Positions 7,046-16,413 of a stretch of DNA of 40,763 bases are shown in pieces. Source of the stretch: a virus (Duplodnaviria > Caudoviricetes). Below the pieces are notes generated by a model. The model worked only from the letters and a program-made list of their open reading frames with translations, had not been told where the DNA came from and did no database searches. The position numbers were made by a program, and so were the translations under genes. Every line of letters starts with the position of its first letter. Position 1 is the stretch's first letter. The DNA is taken from positions 1 to 40,763 of IMG/VR virus record IMGVR_UViG_3300020403_000029; one strand, 5' to 3'.

Positions 7046-7840
7046 TTAAACTAAATCTTCATCTAAATCATAATAAAGCTTTTCTGCCCAAGGTATAACA
7101 TCCCATTTTTTAGCTGATATATTATGGTGCCCTACAATGCTATATTTAGATGCTTCTTTGACAGACATAACATTAAAAGATTCACATACAGGTTTTTCAT
7201 CTAATCCAGTTGCTTCTCTTAAAGATTGCAAGAATTGTCTGCACAAATCAGCAAACTCATCGCCAATCATAGCAATCTCTTTACCATCTACTCTTGGATC
7301 AATATCTTCCATTACTTCTTTGTAAGCATCTGGGTACCATTTTTGTGTTTTATCCCAATAACGCAAGTCCGGGTGCATACAAATATCAATACCTATTGAG
7401 TATTTATTAAACTTACCTGCATGGTATGCTGCAAGACCTGTATCTAAACATTGCAAAATTTCAAATTCACCTGACTTGTGGTTTTTGCCAATTAAAAAAT
7501 GAGAAGAAACATGACGCCCTCTAGCCATATTAAATACATTATAGCAATGTCTACTATTAAGACCTCCCCAGTGAACGCATATGGAAGTTGGATCTGACTT
7601 TCTTATGTACCAGTTTTTAGTTCCGTCATCAAGTTCATATAACGGTGCTGACCAGTCAACTTCTAAAGGCGCATCAATAGGAACTACTTTTCCCATATGC
7701 ATTATTACAGGCATTCCGTAATAGTTCCTTACTGCTTTATGTGTATTAGGACCATAAACACCGTCAGCGCTAACACCTACTTCTTGCTGTAATGATCTAA
7801 CATACTCTTTGTTTTTATTTAATGTACTAAACTGTTCCAT
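7046..7840 (-). CDS. N-acetylmuramoyl-L-alanine amidase (Amidase_2) with N-terminal peptidoglycan-binding domain; probable endolysin
   Basis: LQQEVGVSADGVYGPNT (PG_binding_1); ICVHW, SSHFLIG, AYHAG..N..SIGID, IVGHH...KWD. Confidence 0.85.
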   Translation of the reverse strand: MEQFSTLNKNKEYVRSLQQEVGVSADGVYGPNTHKAVRNYYGMPVIMHMGKVVPIDAPLEVDWSAPLYELDDGTKNWYIRKSDPTSICVHWGGLNSRHCYNVFNMARGRHVSSHFLIGKNHKSGEFEILQCLDTGLAAYHAGKFNKYSIGIDICMHPDLRYWDKTQKWYPDAYKEVMEDIDPRVDGKEIAMIGDEFADLCRQFLQSLREATGLDEKPVCESFNVMSVKEASKYSIVGHHNISAKKWDVIPWAEKLYYDLDEDLV

Positions 7841-7860
7841 TTTTATATCCTTTTATAAAC

Positions 7861-8808
7861 TTATTGGTCATCACTTAAATAAGCATCAACAATTTCCTTG
7901 ACATCTGGATTTGCACTTTCATAATATCTCGCCATATCTTGTGCAGAAGCTGCGGTGCCATCTTTCCAATATCCATCTTCATCTATGTATAATAAAAAAG
8001 AAACACTTGAAGTTAATGTATGATCTAATTTATAAACACTTGCATAATCTTTTGAGTTTGATTTTGTTTCGTCCATCCCTTTTAATGTAGTAAGATATTT
8101 TGAAACATATTCTGCATCTTCAATAAACTGTCTTGGGCTTTTACTTTTATCTTTATCTAAACCAATTTTTTCAAAGTCAAACGAAATACCTTCTGGCGTT
8201 CTGTCAAAATAATTAACATATTTCTCAAGTTCTTTTTCTTCTTTTTCCCGTTGCGCTAGTTTTTCTAGACGATATTTCTCCCATTTTTTTTCGTTCTCTA
8301 GCATTTCCATGAATTTTTCAATTGATATAGGTTCTAAACCTTTCATTTCATTTTCGTCATTTAAATCCTGAAATACTTTAAAATCTTCTCTTGATAAGAT
8401 GTGACCCTCTACTGAAACTTCATGACCTTGTTTTTTATCAGAAAGCCAGTTTCTAAGTATATGTTTATCCTTCACAGGTATTTGATCATAAACAACTTTA
8501 AGTGGTTGTTTTTCAAATGCGTCTTCTAAAGCTTCTTCAGTTTTTTCCAAGTCACTGCTTCTTAAAATGCCTAAATCTTCAGCAGCATCAACAACCAATT
8601 CAGCTTGCGCTTCTGGCTCTGTAGGTAATTCAGATGATTTATTCATTTCAACGCCTAAAAAAGCTAGCAAGCTTAAAGTGCCTATTTGTAATCCTGTTTC
8701 TAGTGTTGTCTTTGGCGAAAAGTCTTTTAGCGATATCTCGTGAAGATCTTCTTTGTAAAGGCCACTCATAACTTCTTTTATATAGTTTTCTAATAGCAAG
8801 TCTTTCAT
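7861..8808 (-). CDS. hypothetical acidic protein, paralog of 8821..9810, one hydrophobic segment
   Basis: Shares MKDLLLENYIKEVM, WLSDK..GHEVS..GHILSR.D, FIEDA and ARYY..A...VK.IV with its neighbour. Confidence 0.85.
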   Translation of the reverse strand: MKDLLLENYIKEVMSGLYKEDLHEISLKDFSPKTTLETGLQIGTLSLLAFLGVEMNKSSELPTEPEAQAELVVDAAEDLGILRSSDLEKTEEALEDAFEKQPLKVVYDQIPVKDKHILRNWLSDKKQGHEVSVEGHILSREDFKVFQDLNDENEMKGLEPISIEKFMEMLENEKKWEKYRLEKLAQREKEEKELEKYVNYFDRTPEGISFDFEKIGLDKDKSKSPRQFIEDAEYVSKYLTTLKGMDETKSNSKDYASVYKLDHTLTSSVSFLLYIDEDGYWKDGTAASAQDMARYYESANPDVKEIVDAYLSDDQ

Positions 8809-9810
8809 TATAAAATATTCTCACATTTCTTCATCGTCATAGTTTTCTAAATCAGAATAGTGCTGACCAACTATATCTTTTACTGCTTGATCTGCATTTT
8901 TGTAATATCTTGCTATTTCTTCTTTAGACATTACGTCACCATCTTGCCACTCACCGTTTTCATCTAAATGAGAAATAAAACCCTCAGCTTTTTCTAAAGC
9001 TTGCCTCTCTTTGTAAACAGCAAACCTTTCAGGACTACCTTTTGGATAGACATCAGAATTTTCAATCTTAAATAATTTTAATGCAATGCCTGTAGCGTCT
9101 TCTATAAATTTTTCTTTACTGAAGTTTTTGTCGTCATCTTGACCTAGTGCCGAGTGGTCAAAAACAGGCATTCCTGTCTCTTCGTCTGTGTAAAGCATTC
9201 CTGTTTCTTCATTAAAATAGCTTTGAGATATTTTTTCTAATCTTTTTTCTTGCGCATCTACTTTTTTCTTTGTTGCAAGTAGATCTTGATACTGATCCAT
9301 TGTATAAGGTTCGCGACCGTGTGCTATATTGTCATCATTAAGGACATTGAAATAATCATAATCTTTTCTTGACAAAATATGACCGTCATATGAAACCTCG
9401 TGGCCACCAGATTTATCTGATAACCAGTCTCTAATTTTTCTTTCTTTTGCTGAAGACATTTTTCTATGAATATCTTCAATAGATTCTTTTTCAAGCTGTT
9501 TAGCAAGATCATCTTCAACACTTTGTAAATTACTTTTATCTAAGATTTGTTTAATCTTTGGATTTCTAAGTGCTTCTTGCTCAACAGCATCCATAATTAC
9601 TTCAGCTTGCTCTTTAGGTTGAGGAGGTAGTTCATTTTTTTTTGATAATTCATTACCAAATATAGCTAGAATGCTTAATATTCCAGCTTGTAAAGTAGCC
9701 TCTAATGTCGTTTGAGGAGCTAAGTCTTTTAGCGATATTTCGTAAAGATCTTCTTGGTGAAGATTATACATAACTTCTTTTATATAGTTTTCTAATAACA
9801 AGTCTTTCAT
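8720..9810. repeat. duplicated 5' gene segment (8720-8808 vs 9722-9810)
   Basis: About 89-bp near-identical DNA; 8767-8808 vs 9769-9810 differ at one of 42 positions. Confidence 0.85.
8821..9810 (-). CDS. hypothetical acidic protein, paralog of 7861..8808
   Basis: 329 aa, colinear similarity to its neighbour. Confidence 0.85.
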   Translation of the reverse strand: MKDLLLENYIKEVMYNLHQEDLYEISLKDLAPQTTLEATLQAGILSILAIFGNELSKKNELPPQPKEQAEVIMDAVEQEALRNPKIKQILDKSNLQSVEDDLAKQLEKESIEDIHRKMSSAKERKIRDWLSDKSGGHEVSYDGHILSRKDYDYFNVLNDDNIAHGREPYTMDQYQDLLATKKKVDAQEKRLEKISQSYFNEETGMLYTDEETGMPVFDHSALGQDDDKNFSKEKFIEDATGIALKLFKIENSDVYPKGSPERFAVYKERQALEKAEGFISHLDENGEWQDGDVMSKEEIARYYKNADQAVKDIVGQHYSDLENYDDEEM

Positions 9811-9865
9811 TTCAAACCTTAAATATTATATAAAACTATATATTAACATGAAAGTGCATTATTGA

Positions 9866-10468
9866 TTATTCAAGTTCAATATTAACTGATACTGTGCCTT
9901 TTAAATTAGGCACTCTTAAATGCTGTACTAAGTTATGCTCTTTTGCTTCTTCAGCATCTAGAAACCAATCTGCGTGGCCTTTATCGTGAATAAGATTTAA
10001 AAAGTAGTCGTCTGGTTTTCCACAATTTCTAGCCATCATTGTATATACTTTTTTGTTCAGTCTTTCAGCTTCTCTTGCATCTGCTTTAAGCTCTTCAATT
10101 TTACCAAAAGCAACAGAAGATACATCGTGTATCATGAGAGTTGCGTCTTTATCCATAAAGCGAAGTCCATCATCACCAAAAGTCGCCAAAATAGAGCCAC
10201 AAGACATAGCTTTACCTCTAACAATTGTTGCAACCGGAATACTGGCTGATTTAATAGTTGAAATCATTGACAAAAGCGAATAAGCTTGTCCGCCATAAGA
10301 ATCAATAATAACTGGAATAACTTTTTGTCCTGTGTTATGAGCAATACTAACTGCTTCAGAAAAAGCAGAAGCTGACTCTTCATCAAAGTTATTAATTGTA
10401 ATAATAACAGGCTCTTGTTTGAGTTCTAGAGTTTTAATTAAAGGTGAAACTTCAGTTAAAAAATTCAT
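9866..10468 (-). CDS. clpP: ClpP-family serine protease
   Basis: IDSYGG, GKAMSCG (Ser), LMIHD (His), ADWFLDAEEA (Asp). Confidence 0.9.
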   Translation of the reverse strand: MNFLTEVSPLIKTLELKQEPVIITINNFDEESASAFSEAVSIAHNTGQKVIPVIIDSYGGQAYSLLSMISTIKSASIPVATIVRGKAMSCGSILATFGDDGLRFMDKDATLMIHDVSSVAFGKIEELKADAREAERLNKKVYTMMARNCGKPDDYFLNLIHDKGHADWFLDAEEAKEHNLVQHLRVPNLKGTVSVNIELE

Positions 10469-10495
10469 TAATTATTTTCCTTTTTTGTTTTTAAT

Positions 10496-10523
10496 ATTAT
10501 ATAAGCTTTTAATTTTATTACAA
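10496..10523 (-). promoter_or_regulatory. possible promoter TTGTAA-N16-TATAAT upstream of clpP
   Basis: Same -35 hexamer as the other sites but a 16-nt spacer. Confidence 0.5.
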
Positions 10524-10760
10524 TAACTTTAAGCTGTCAATTGTTGCAGATCCAATTTTTCTAGATACTACTTCTCCGTCTTGAAGTTTGACAAAAGTAG
10601 GAACATTCATAACTTGATATTTTGCTGCTGTTTCCATGTCTTGCGAAATATCAATTATTTTCATGTTTAACTCATTTTTTATACTTTCATTAAGCATAGA
10701 CTTCATTTGTCTACACGGGCCACACCAAGGTGCACTAAAAAATAATAATTCTGTTTTCAT
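10518..10760 (-). CDS. trxA: thioredoxin
   Basis: FSAPWCGPC, NVPTF; start placed at MKTELL (ATG 10760) after an AAGGA RBS. Confidence 0.92.
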   Translation of the reverse strand: MKTELLFFSAPWCGPCRQMKSMLNESIKNELNMKIIDISQDMETAAKYQVMNVPTFVKLQDGEVVSRKIGSATIDSLKLL

Positions 10761-10768
10761 AAATTTCC

Positions 10769-11737
10769 TTAAGCTGTAATATTTTCCCAACCCCAACTGT
10801 CACCACTCATGCCATCTGCATTGTAATCTGTAACAGTTCCTTCGAAGAAGTTTTTAAAACTATCTCCATTAATAATCCAATCTAACCAGTCTAGTGGATT
10901 ATGTTTAACTTTAAAATTAGGTTTTAAACCAAGTTGAATAAGACGTCGATCAGCTAAATATCTAATGTACTGCTTTACTTCTTCTTTGTCTAGACCTTCA
11001 ATGTCACCCATTTCGTATGCTAAATCAATAACTTTATCTTCAAGCTTAACAGCTTCTCTATACATTTTGTATATAGACTTTTTAAAGTCATTATTAACAA
11101 TTCTCGGGTGCTCTTTTACGTATTCTCTAAATAATTGAGTCATTCCTTGAACATGCATTGTTTCATCTCTAATAGACCACTCAACAATTTCACACATACC
11201 TTTCATTTTACCAAATCTTTGATAATTTAAAAGCATGACAAAAGCTGAAAACAAACTCATTCCTTCATTGCAAGCTGACTGTGCAAGTGCTAATCCTAAG
11301 CCTTTTCTAGTTGAAACATCATTTTTTTGCATAAACTCAATTTTATCGCTCATTTGTTTATACTCTAAAAATGCACTATACTCCTCTTCAGGTAAGCCTA
11401 ATGTATCATTAAGGAGCGCATAACTACGTTGATGTGTGCCTTCACGATTTGCAAAGCTCAATAGCATACTCCTAATTTCATTATTTTTAAATTTAGGAAT
11501 AAACAGATCACAATAGTTACCGCCTACTTGAACATCACTCTGTGTAAACAATCTTAAAATTTGTGTAATATGATTTTTTTCCTCAGAAGATACTTTGCCA
11601 CCTTTCCACTGATTTACGTCTTCTTGTAGTTTTGCTTCCCAGCTACCCCAGTGAATCTTTTCATGTGACTCAGCAATTTCCATTGCCCATGGATAACTAA
11701 AGGGCTTATAAGTTTTATTGTATTTTAATAAAGACAT
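10769..11737 (-). CDS. nrdB: class Ia ribonucleotide reductase beta subunit
   Basis: FTQSD, NREGTHQRSY (radical Tyr), EGMSLFSAF, RDETMH, NFFEGTVTDY. Confidence 0.96.
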   Translation of the reverse strand: MSLLKYNKTYKPFSYPWAMEIAESHEKIHWGSWEAKLQEDVNQWKGGKVSSEEKNHITQILRLFTQSDVQVGGNYCDLFIPKFKNNEIRSMLLSFANREGTHQRSYALLNDTLGLPEEEYSAFLEYKQMSDKIEFMQKNDVSTRKGLGLALAQSACNEGMSLFSAFVMLLNYQRFGKMKGMCEIVEWSIRDETMHVQGMTQLFREYVKEHPRIVNNDFKKSIYKMYREAVKLEDKVIDLAYEMGDIEGLDKEEVKQYIRYLADRRLIQLGLKPNFKVKHNPLDWLDWIINGDSFKNFFEGTVTDYNADGMSGDSWGWENITA

Positions 11738-11771
11738 TGTTTAACCTTTGTAAAATGTATGTATAATATAA

Positions 11772-13577
11772 TTATCCTTGACAACTCAAACAATCGTCAG
11801 GATCTGCAAAGTCTTGTAATTTATCTTGTTCAACTTTTTGACTAACTTTTTCAGCTGATGCGCCTGCGTTTGTTCTAAGATAATATAATCCTTTTAATTT
11901 CTTTTTCCAAGCACGCAGATGAACTGCGTTTACTAAAGCTTTGTCTGTTCCTGCAGGAAAAAACAAGTTAACGCTTTGTCCTTGACATATAAATTCTTGT
12001 CTGTCACCAGCATGATCTACAATCCACCTTTGATCAAGCTCAAATGCTGTTTTAAATACTTCTTTGTGCCAGTCAGTCATAAAGTCTAAATGTTGAACTG
12101 AGCCTTCTGAAAGAATGATTGACTTCCACTGTTTATCTAACCATCTTTCAATGCCGTCTTTGTCTTGATTTGTCCAATAACTTCTTAAAACTTTTTCCAA
12201 ATGTGGATTTTTAACTAAGTAAGATCCTACTCTAGTACGATGTGTATAAGCATTTGATTTCCATGGCTCTATTGATGGTGAAGTACCTGCAATAATTGAA
12301 GAGTTTGCGTTAGGAGCAATAGCTAATAAATGCGAGTTTCTTACGCCATGTCCAACACCATCAGGACACTCACCTTTTAATTTTGCCAACTCAGAAGTTT
12401 TCTGTTTTGCTCTTTCTTGAATAAGTGAGAATATATTCATATTTGCCGCTTTAGCAATTCCTGATTCAAACGGAATATTCTTTGATTGAAGATATGCATG
12501 AAATCCCATTGCTCCTAGACCAAGTGATCTTTCCAATTCAGCAGACTTAATTGCTCTGCTTAAGTGCTTAGGTGCATTATCAATAAAGAATTGTAACACA
12601 TTGTCTAAATACTCTATAAGATCTTCAACAATAGTAGAATCTTGCCACTCATCAAACTTCTCAACGTTTAAAGAGCTTAAACAGCATACAGCACTTCGAT
12701 CTTTTGAAGTAGCTAAATGTATTTCATTGCATAAGTTACTACCGTGAATTTTAAGTCCTAGGTCTTTTTGGAACTTAGGCAGATGTCTATTTGCCTCATC
12801 AATAAAGTTAATATAAGGTTCACCTGTTCTAAACCTAATTTGAATTATTCTTTGCCACAATTTTCTAGCATCGAGTGTATCTCTTACAGAGCCATCATTA
12901 GGATCAATTAAGTTCCATTCACCACCTTCGGCTACAGCTTGCATAAACTCATCTGTTACATTAACTGCGTTATTTAAATTAAAGCATTTTCTGTTGACAT
13001 CGCCTCCTGTTGGAACTCTAATGTTAAGAAACTCTACGATGTCAGGATGAGAAACATCCATATAAGCTGCATATGATCCTTTTCTAGTTTTACCTTGACG
13101 ATAAGCAGTCATATCACTATCAACTGTTTTAAGAAAAGGTACTGGACCTGGAGAAATACTGCTATTTGATCTAATAGAGCTCCAGTGTCCACCTACACCG
13201 CCACCTTTAACTGACATCCATCGCAATTCATCTGAGTGTGATATTAAACCTTCTAGAGAATCATCTACGTAAGTTAGAAAACACGAAATAGGAAGGCCTA
13301 ATTCTTTTTTGCCCACCATAGGTGCATTAGACAAAATTGGCGAACTGAACATAAACCATCCTTTAGCAGCATAGTCATATATTCTTTGTGCTAACAACAA
13401 ATCATATTCTTTATTTGTGTGATTATAAGAAAACGCTACAGCAGCTCTTGCAAAGCTTTCTTGCGGAGATTCCTCGTGATCTTGCATGTAATAATCCCGA
13501 AGAAGCTTTTTCGAAAAATCTGTTAAATTATTATCGTAACCTAAATCTATCGTAATGCCACAGCATTCTTTTTTCAT
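11772..13577 (-). CDS. nrdA: class Ia ribonucleotide reductase alpha subunit (no ATP cone)
   Basis: PISCFL, SNLCNEI, VCCLSS, APNANSS, LYYLR, C-terminal CLSCQG. Confidence 0.97.
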   Translation of the reverse strand: MKKECCGITIDLGYDNNLTDFSKKLLRDYYMQDHEESPQESFARAAVAFSYNHTNKEYDLLLAQRIYDYAAKGWFMFSSPILSNAPMVGKKELGLPISCFLTYVDDSLEGLISHSDELRWMSVKGGGVGGHWSSIRSNSSISPGPVPFLKTVDSDMTAYRQGKTRKGSYAAYMDVSHPDIVEFLNIRVPTGGDVNRKCFNLNNAVNVTDEFMQAVAEGGEWNLIDPNDGSVRDTLDARKLWQRIIQIRFRTGEPYINFIDEANRHLPKFQKDLGLKIHGSNLCNEIHLATSKDRSAVCCLSSLNVEKFDEWQDSTIVEDLIEYLDNVLQFFIDNAPKHLSRAIKSAELERSLGLGAMGFHAYLQSKNIPFESGIAKAANMNIFSLIQERAKQKTSELAKLKGECPDGVGHGVRNSHLLAIAPNANSSIIAGTSPSIEPWKSNAYTHRTRVGSYLVKNPHLEKVLRSYWTNQDKDGIERWLDKQWKSIILSEGSVQHLDFMTDWHKEVFKTAFELDQRWIVDHAGDRQEFICQGQSVNLFFPAGTDKALVNAVHLRAWKKKLKGLYYLRTNAGASAEKVSQKVEQDKLQDFADPDDCLSCQG

Positions 13578-13592
13578 GATAATTCCTTTATA

Positions 13593-14078
13593 CTAATCTG
13601 AACTCCCGACTTTTCCCTCTTTCCTTGAAGAATCTCGAGATAAGTTTAAATATTCTTCCTCACCAACAACTTCAAATTGATTGTCGCATTTAACAACTAC
13701 AATTTGTACAGGTAATTTTATATTCGAATCAAGTGTATACTCTTCAGAACCTGTGTTAATTAAATTAACAAAAACTTCACCTGTATATCCACTATCAATT
13801 ACGCCTGCTCTTACCTTTAAAGGTGTTTTTGTAATTGATCCTCTTTCTTGCACTAAAGCTACATATCCTTTAGGAACTTGCATTTTTAATCCTGTTCCAA
13901 TTAACAACTTGTTATTTTTAGGCAGAACTGATTGAGGTAAAATTGTCACTCGATCGCCAGCATTAAATAAATCAAGACCAGCACTCTCTCCATTATATGC
14001 AGGAATATAATCTTTTACATTAATTTTATTTGTTTCTAACGTAAATTTTAAACTATCCATTAAACAAATTTTAACCAT
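13593..14078 (-). CDS. dut: trimeric dUTPase (motifs 2 and 5 non-canonical)
   Basis: AGLDL, QERGS, GVIDSGYTGEV, PVQIV, RKEGKVGSSD. Confidence 0.88.
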   Translation of the reverse strand: MVKICLMDSLKFTLETNKINVKDYIPAYNGESAGLDLFNAGDRVTILPQSVLPKNNKLLIGTGLKMQVPKGYVALVQERGSITKTPLKVRAGVIDSGYTGEVFVNLINTGSEEYTLDSNIKLPVQIVVVKCDNQFEVVGEEEYLNLSRDSSRKEGKVGSSD

Positions 14079-15444
14079 CTTTTTGATTTACCTCTTTCCA
14101 CTTTTCTCTTAGTTTTTCTTTCATTGTATGATTATCTTGAGATACTGCTTCATTTAATGTTAATTCAGTATCATCAAGTATTTCAAATTTAGATCGTGCT
14201 GTATCAATATTAATAGGGAATAATAGACCATCACGACCAGCTCTATTTTTTGCTACAAAAATACGTCCTCCTCCTGTTGACTTTTCCATAGGCTTTCTAC
14301 TAATCGAGAGAACTACGTCAGCAACTTGAGCCTTACCATAAGACTCACCTAAGTTTTCTAAACCAACAATATCAGATTTAGATGAGTCTTTGTTTGCTTG
14401 AGATGCTGTCCAAATAGGAATATTTAACTCAACAGCAAGATTTCTCAATTCTGTATAGATTAGTTTTAACTCATGTCTTAAGGAATCATAAGCTCTAGAT
14501 GACTTCATAACATCAGCGTAGTCAACTGTAACAAGGCTAGGCTTGAAACCTTTGAGTGTTAGCTTTTCAATATGATTTCTTAGTGTTAATACAGAAGCCG
14601 AGCCTGTTGGATATTCTTTAATAATTAACTTTCCTAAATCCATTTCTTTATATTTATCAATTACTTCTCTTTTTCTTTCAATTATTTCGTTAGAAGGAAT
14701 ATGACAAAGATGAGAGTCATATCGTTTACCTGTTTCGTGTTCTGATAGTTCAAAAGTGTAATGAATTACGTTTTTACCAGCACGCATTGCAGCACATCCC
14801 ATTGCTACTAAGAAGTGTGATTTACCTACACCAGTATTAGCAGCAACTACACCTAGCTCGCCTCTACCTAGTCCACCTCGCAAGATATCTGGTGCATCAA
14901 TTCTATCTAGACCTGTTGGACAAACCTGTCTATTGATTTGAACAAACCTAGCTTCAATGTCATCAAAGAAATCGTGGCCAGCAGTATTTGGCATACCAAC
15001 TGAAATTGCACTTTTCATTATGTTAAGAACAGATTCATACTTCTCTGTCTGAATAAGTTCTACACTTTGTTCAAGTGCTTCTTTAAATGCTTGTCTTTTA
15101 CAGAATTCTAATGACTTATCTTTTACATATTGTAAGTCACCCATGTCTGGGTTAGTTTTCATTCTGTGCAAGTATTCAATAATTTGATCTCTAAGAACTG
15201 CATCTTTAGACTTAGAAAGATCTTCTTTAATGATAGTAATAAGAATTGCAAGAGTTGGAAAAGTTTTGTATTTTTCGTAGTATGAAAAATATTTTCCGCA
15301 CAAGTAAGAAAGATATTTAAGATCAAAATAATCTGGACTAACTACTTCAATCATTTGAGCTGACCATGCAGCATCAGTTAACATACTTTGAAAAACTTTT
15401 TCTTGAAAAGGTTTTCCGAATTTAGAAAAGTTTTGTTGACTCAT
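14071..15444 (-). CDS. replicative DNA helicase, DnaB / T4 gp41-like
   Basis: Walker A ANTGVGKS, YTFELSE, VDYAD, WTASQAN, KNRAG. Confidence 0.93.
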   Translation of the reverse strand: MSQQNFSKFGKPFQEKVFQSMLTDAAWSAQMIEVVSPDYFDLKYLSYLCGKYFSYYEKYKTFPTLAILITIIKEDLSKSKDAVLRDQIIEYLHRMKTNPDMGDLQYVKDKSLEFCKRQAFKEALEQSVELIQTEKYESVLNIMKSAISVGMPNTAGHDFFDDIEARFVQINRQVCPTGLDRIDAPDILRGGLGRGELGVVAANTGVGKSHFLVAMGCAAMRAGKNVIHYTFELSEHETGKRYDSHLCHIPSNEIIERKREVIDKYKEMDLGKLIIKEYPTGSASVLTLRNHIEKLTLKGFKPSLVTVDYADVMKSSRAYDSLRHELKLIYTELRNLAVELNIPIWTASQANKDSSKSDIVGLENLGESYGKAQVADVVLSISRKPMEKSTGGGRIFVAKNRAGRDGLLFPINIDTARSKFEILDDTELTLNEAVSQDNHTMKEKLREKWKEVNQKDG

Positions 15445-16412
15445 TAAGTATTATTCCTTAAACATGAATTAATTGATATTAGAAAAGTGTGAATATTGAA
15501 GAAGTTTAAACCTTCACGATTCATAATTTTTAGAAGGTTCATTTTATTAACTTTGTTTTCTTTGTTTTCAAATTGATGATTAATCTTTTTGATTTGTGAA
15601 GCACTCAACATAGCTGAGTCTAGATACATCAATTTCCAGTTTTTTTCTAGTAGATTTTCATTATTTATTATATTATCAATAAGCTTTATTTTACAACCTG
15701 CTTTTACTTTTTTATTTGCTTCACTAATAATATCACTTATAGACAAATCTTTTTGCTGCGACAATTCTGGAAATCGATTTAACATAGATTTAATTCCTGC
15801 ACCTTTGATACCTTTGATACCATCACTTGAGTCACCAGCAAAACATCTTACTAAACAAAAGTTTTGTGCTGGAATATTCCACTTATCTAATACATATTTT
15901 TCGTCTATTAATTGTTTTTTGTTAGGCGACCAGATTTTAGTGTTTTCATCTAATAATTGATAATAGTCTTTATCTGATGTCACTATTATTTTTTTATTTT
16001 TTTTCTTTCTAGTCTTTACAAGATAAGAGATAATATCATCAGCTTCACAATCATTAACATATATTTGTGTTACTGGAGTTTCATATAGTATTTCGATTAA
16101 TAGTTTTAACTGATTATTTCTATTTTCTGATGTATCAGGTATATCACTGTAGTATGAACTCCTATTAAGCTTTACAGGTCTTCTACCTTCTTTGTAGTTA
16201 GGGTCAATGTTACGACGTCTTAATGAGCCGCCGCCTTCCCATGCTACTATAATTTTCTGAGGATTAAACTTGGCTGATAAATGTTCTATATTACGCAAAA
16301 AGCCAACTATACCACCGCATAGTTGGCCGTTAAGTGACTTTGTAGGATTAGCTGCAAAGTGTCGCATAAAAACATTTAAGCCATCAATATAAATTACTGG
16401 CTTTTCTAACAT
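15444..16412 (-). CDS. 5'-3' exonuclease / flap endonuclease (Pol I N-terminal / T4 RNase H-like)
   Basis: YIDGLN, YKEGR, EADDII, TSDKDYYQL, GDSSDGIKGIKGAG. Confidence 0.92.
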   Translation of the reverse strand: MLEKPVIYIDGLNVFMRHFAANPTKSLNGQLCGGIVGFLRNIEHLSAKFNPQKIIVAWEGGGSLRRRNIDPNYKEGRRPVKLNRSSYYSDIPDTSENRNNQLKLLIEILYETPVTQIYVNDCEADDIISYLVKTRKKKNKKIIVTSDKDYYQLLDENTKIWSPNKKQLIDEKYVLDKWNIPAQNFCLVRCFAGDSSDGIKGIKGAGIKSMLNRFPELSQQKDLSISDIISEANKKVKAGCKIKLIDNIINNENLLEKNWKLMYLDSAMLSASQIKKINHQFENKENKVNKMNLLKIMNREGLNFFNIHTFLISINSCLRNNT

Positions 16413-16413
16413 T

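Noticed and set aside
10761-10796. Longer thioredoxin start given in the ORF track (MGLGKY...)
   Set aside because: It overlaps the nrdB 3' end; the ATG at 10760 has a proper AAGGA RBS and gives a typical thioredoxin N-terminus.
11748-11776. Plus-strand TTGTAA...TATAAT between nrdA and nrdB as an antisense promoter
   Set aside because: The spacers are 8 or 13 nt rather than 16-18, which is easily explained by AT-richness.
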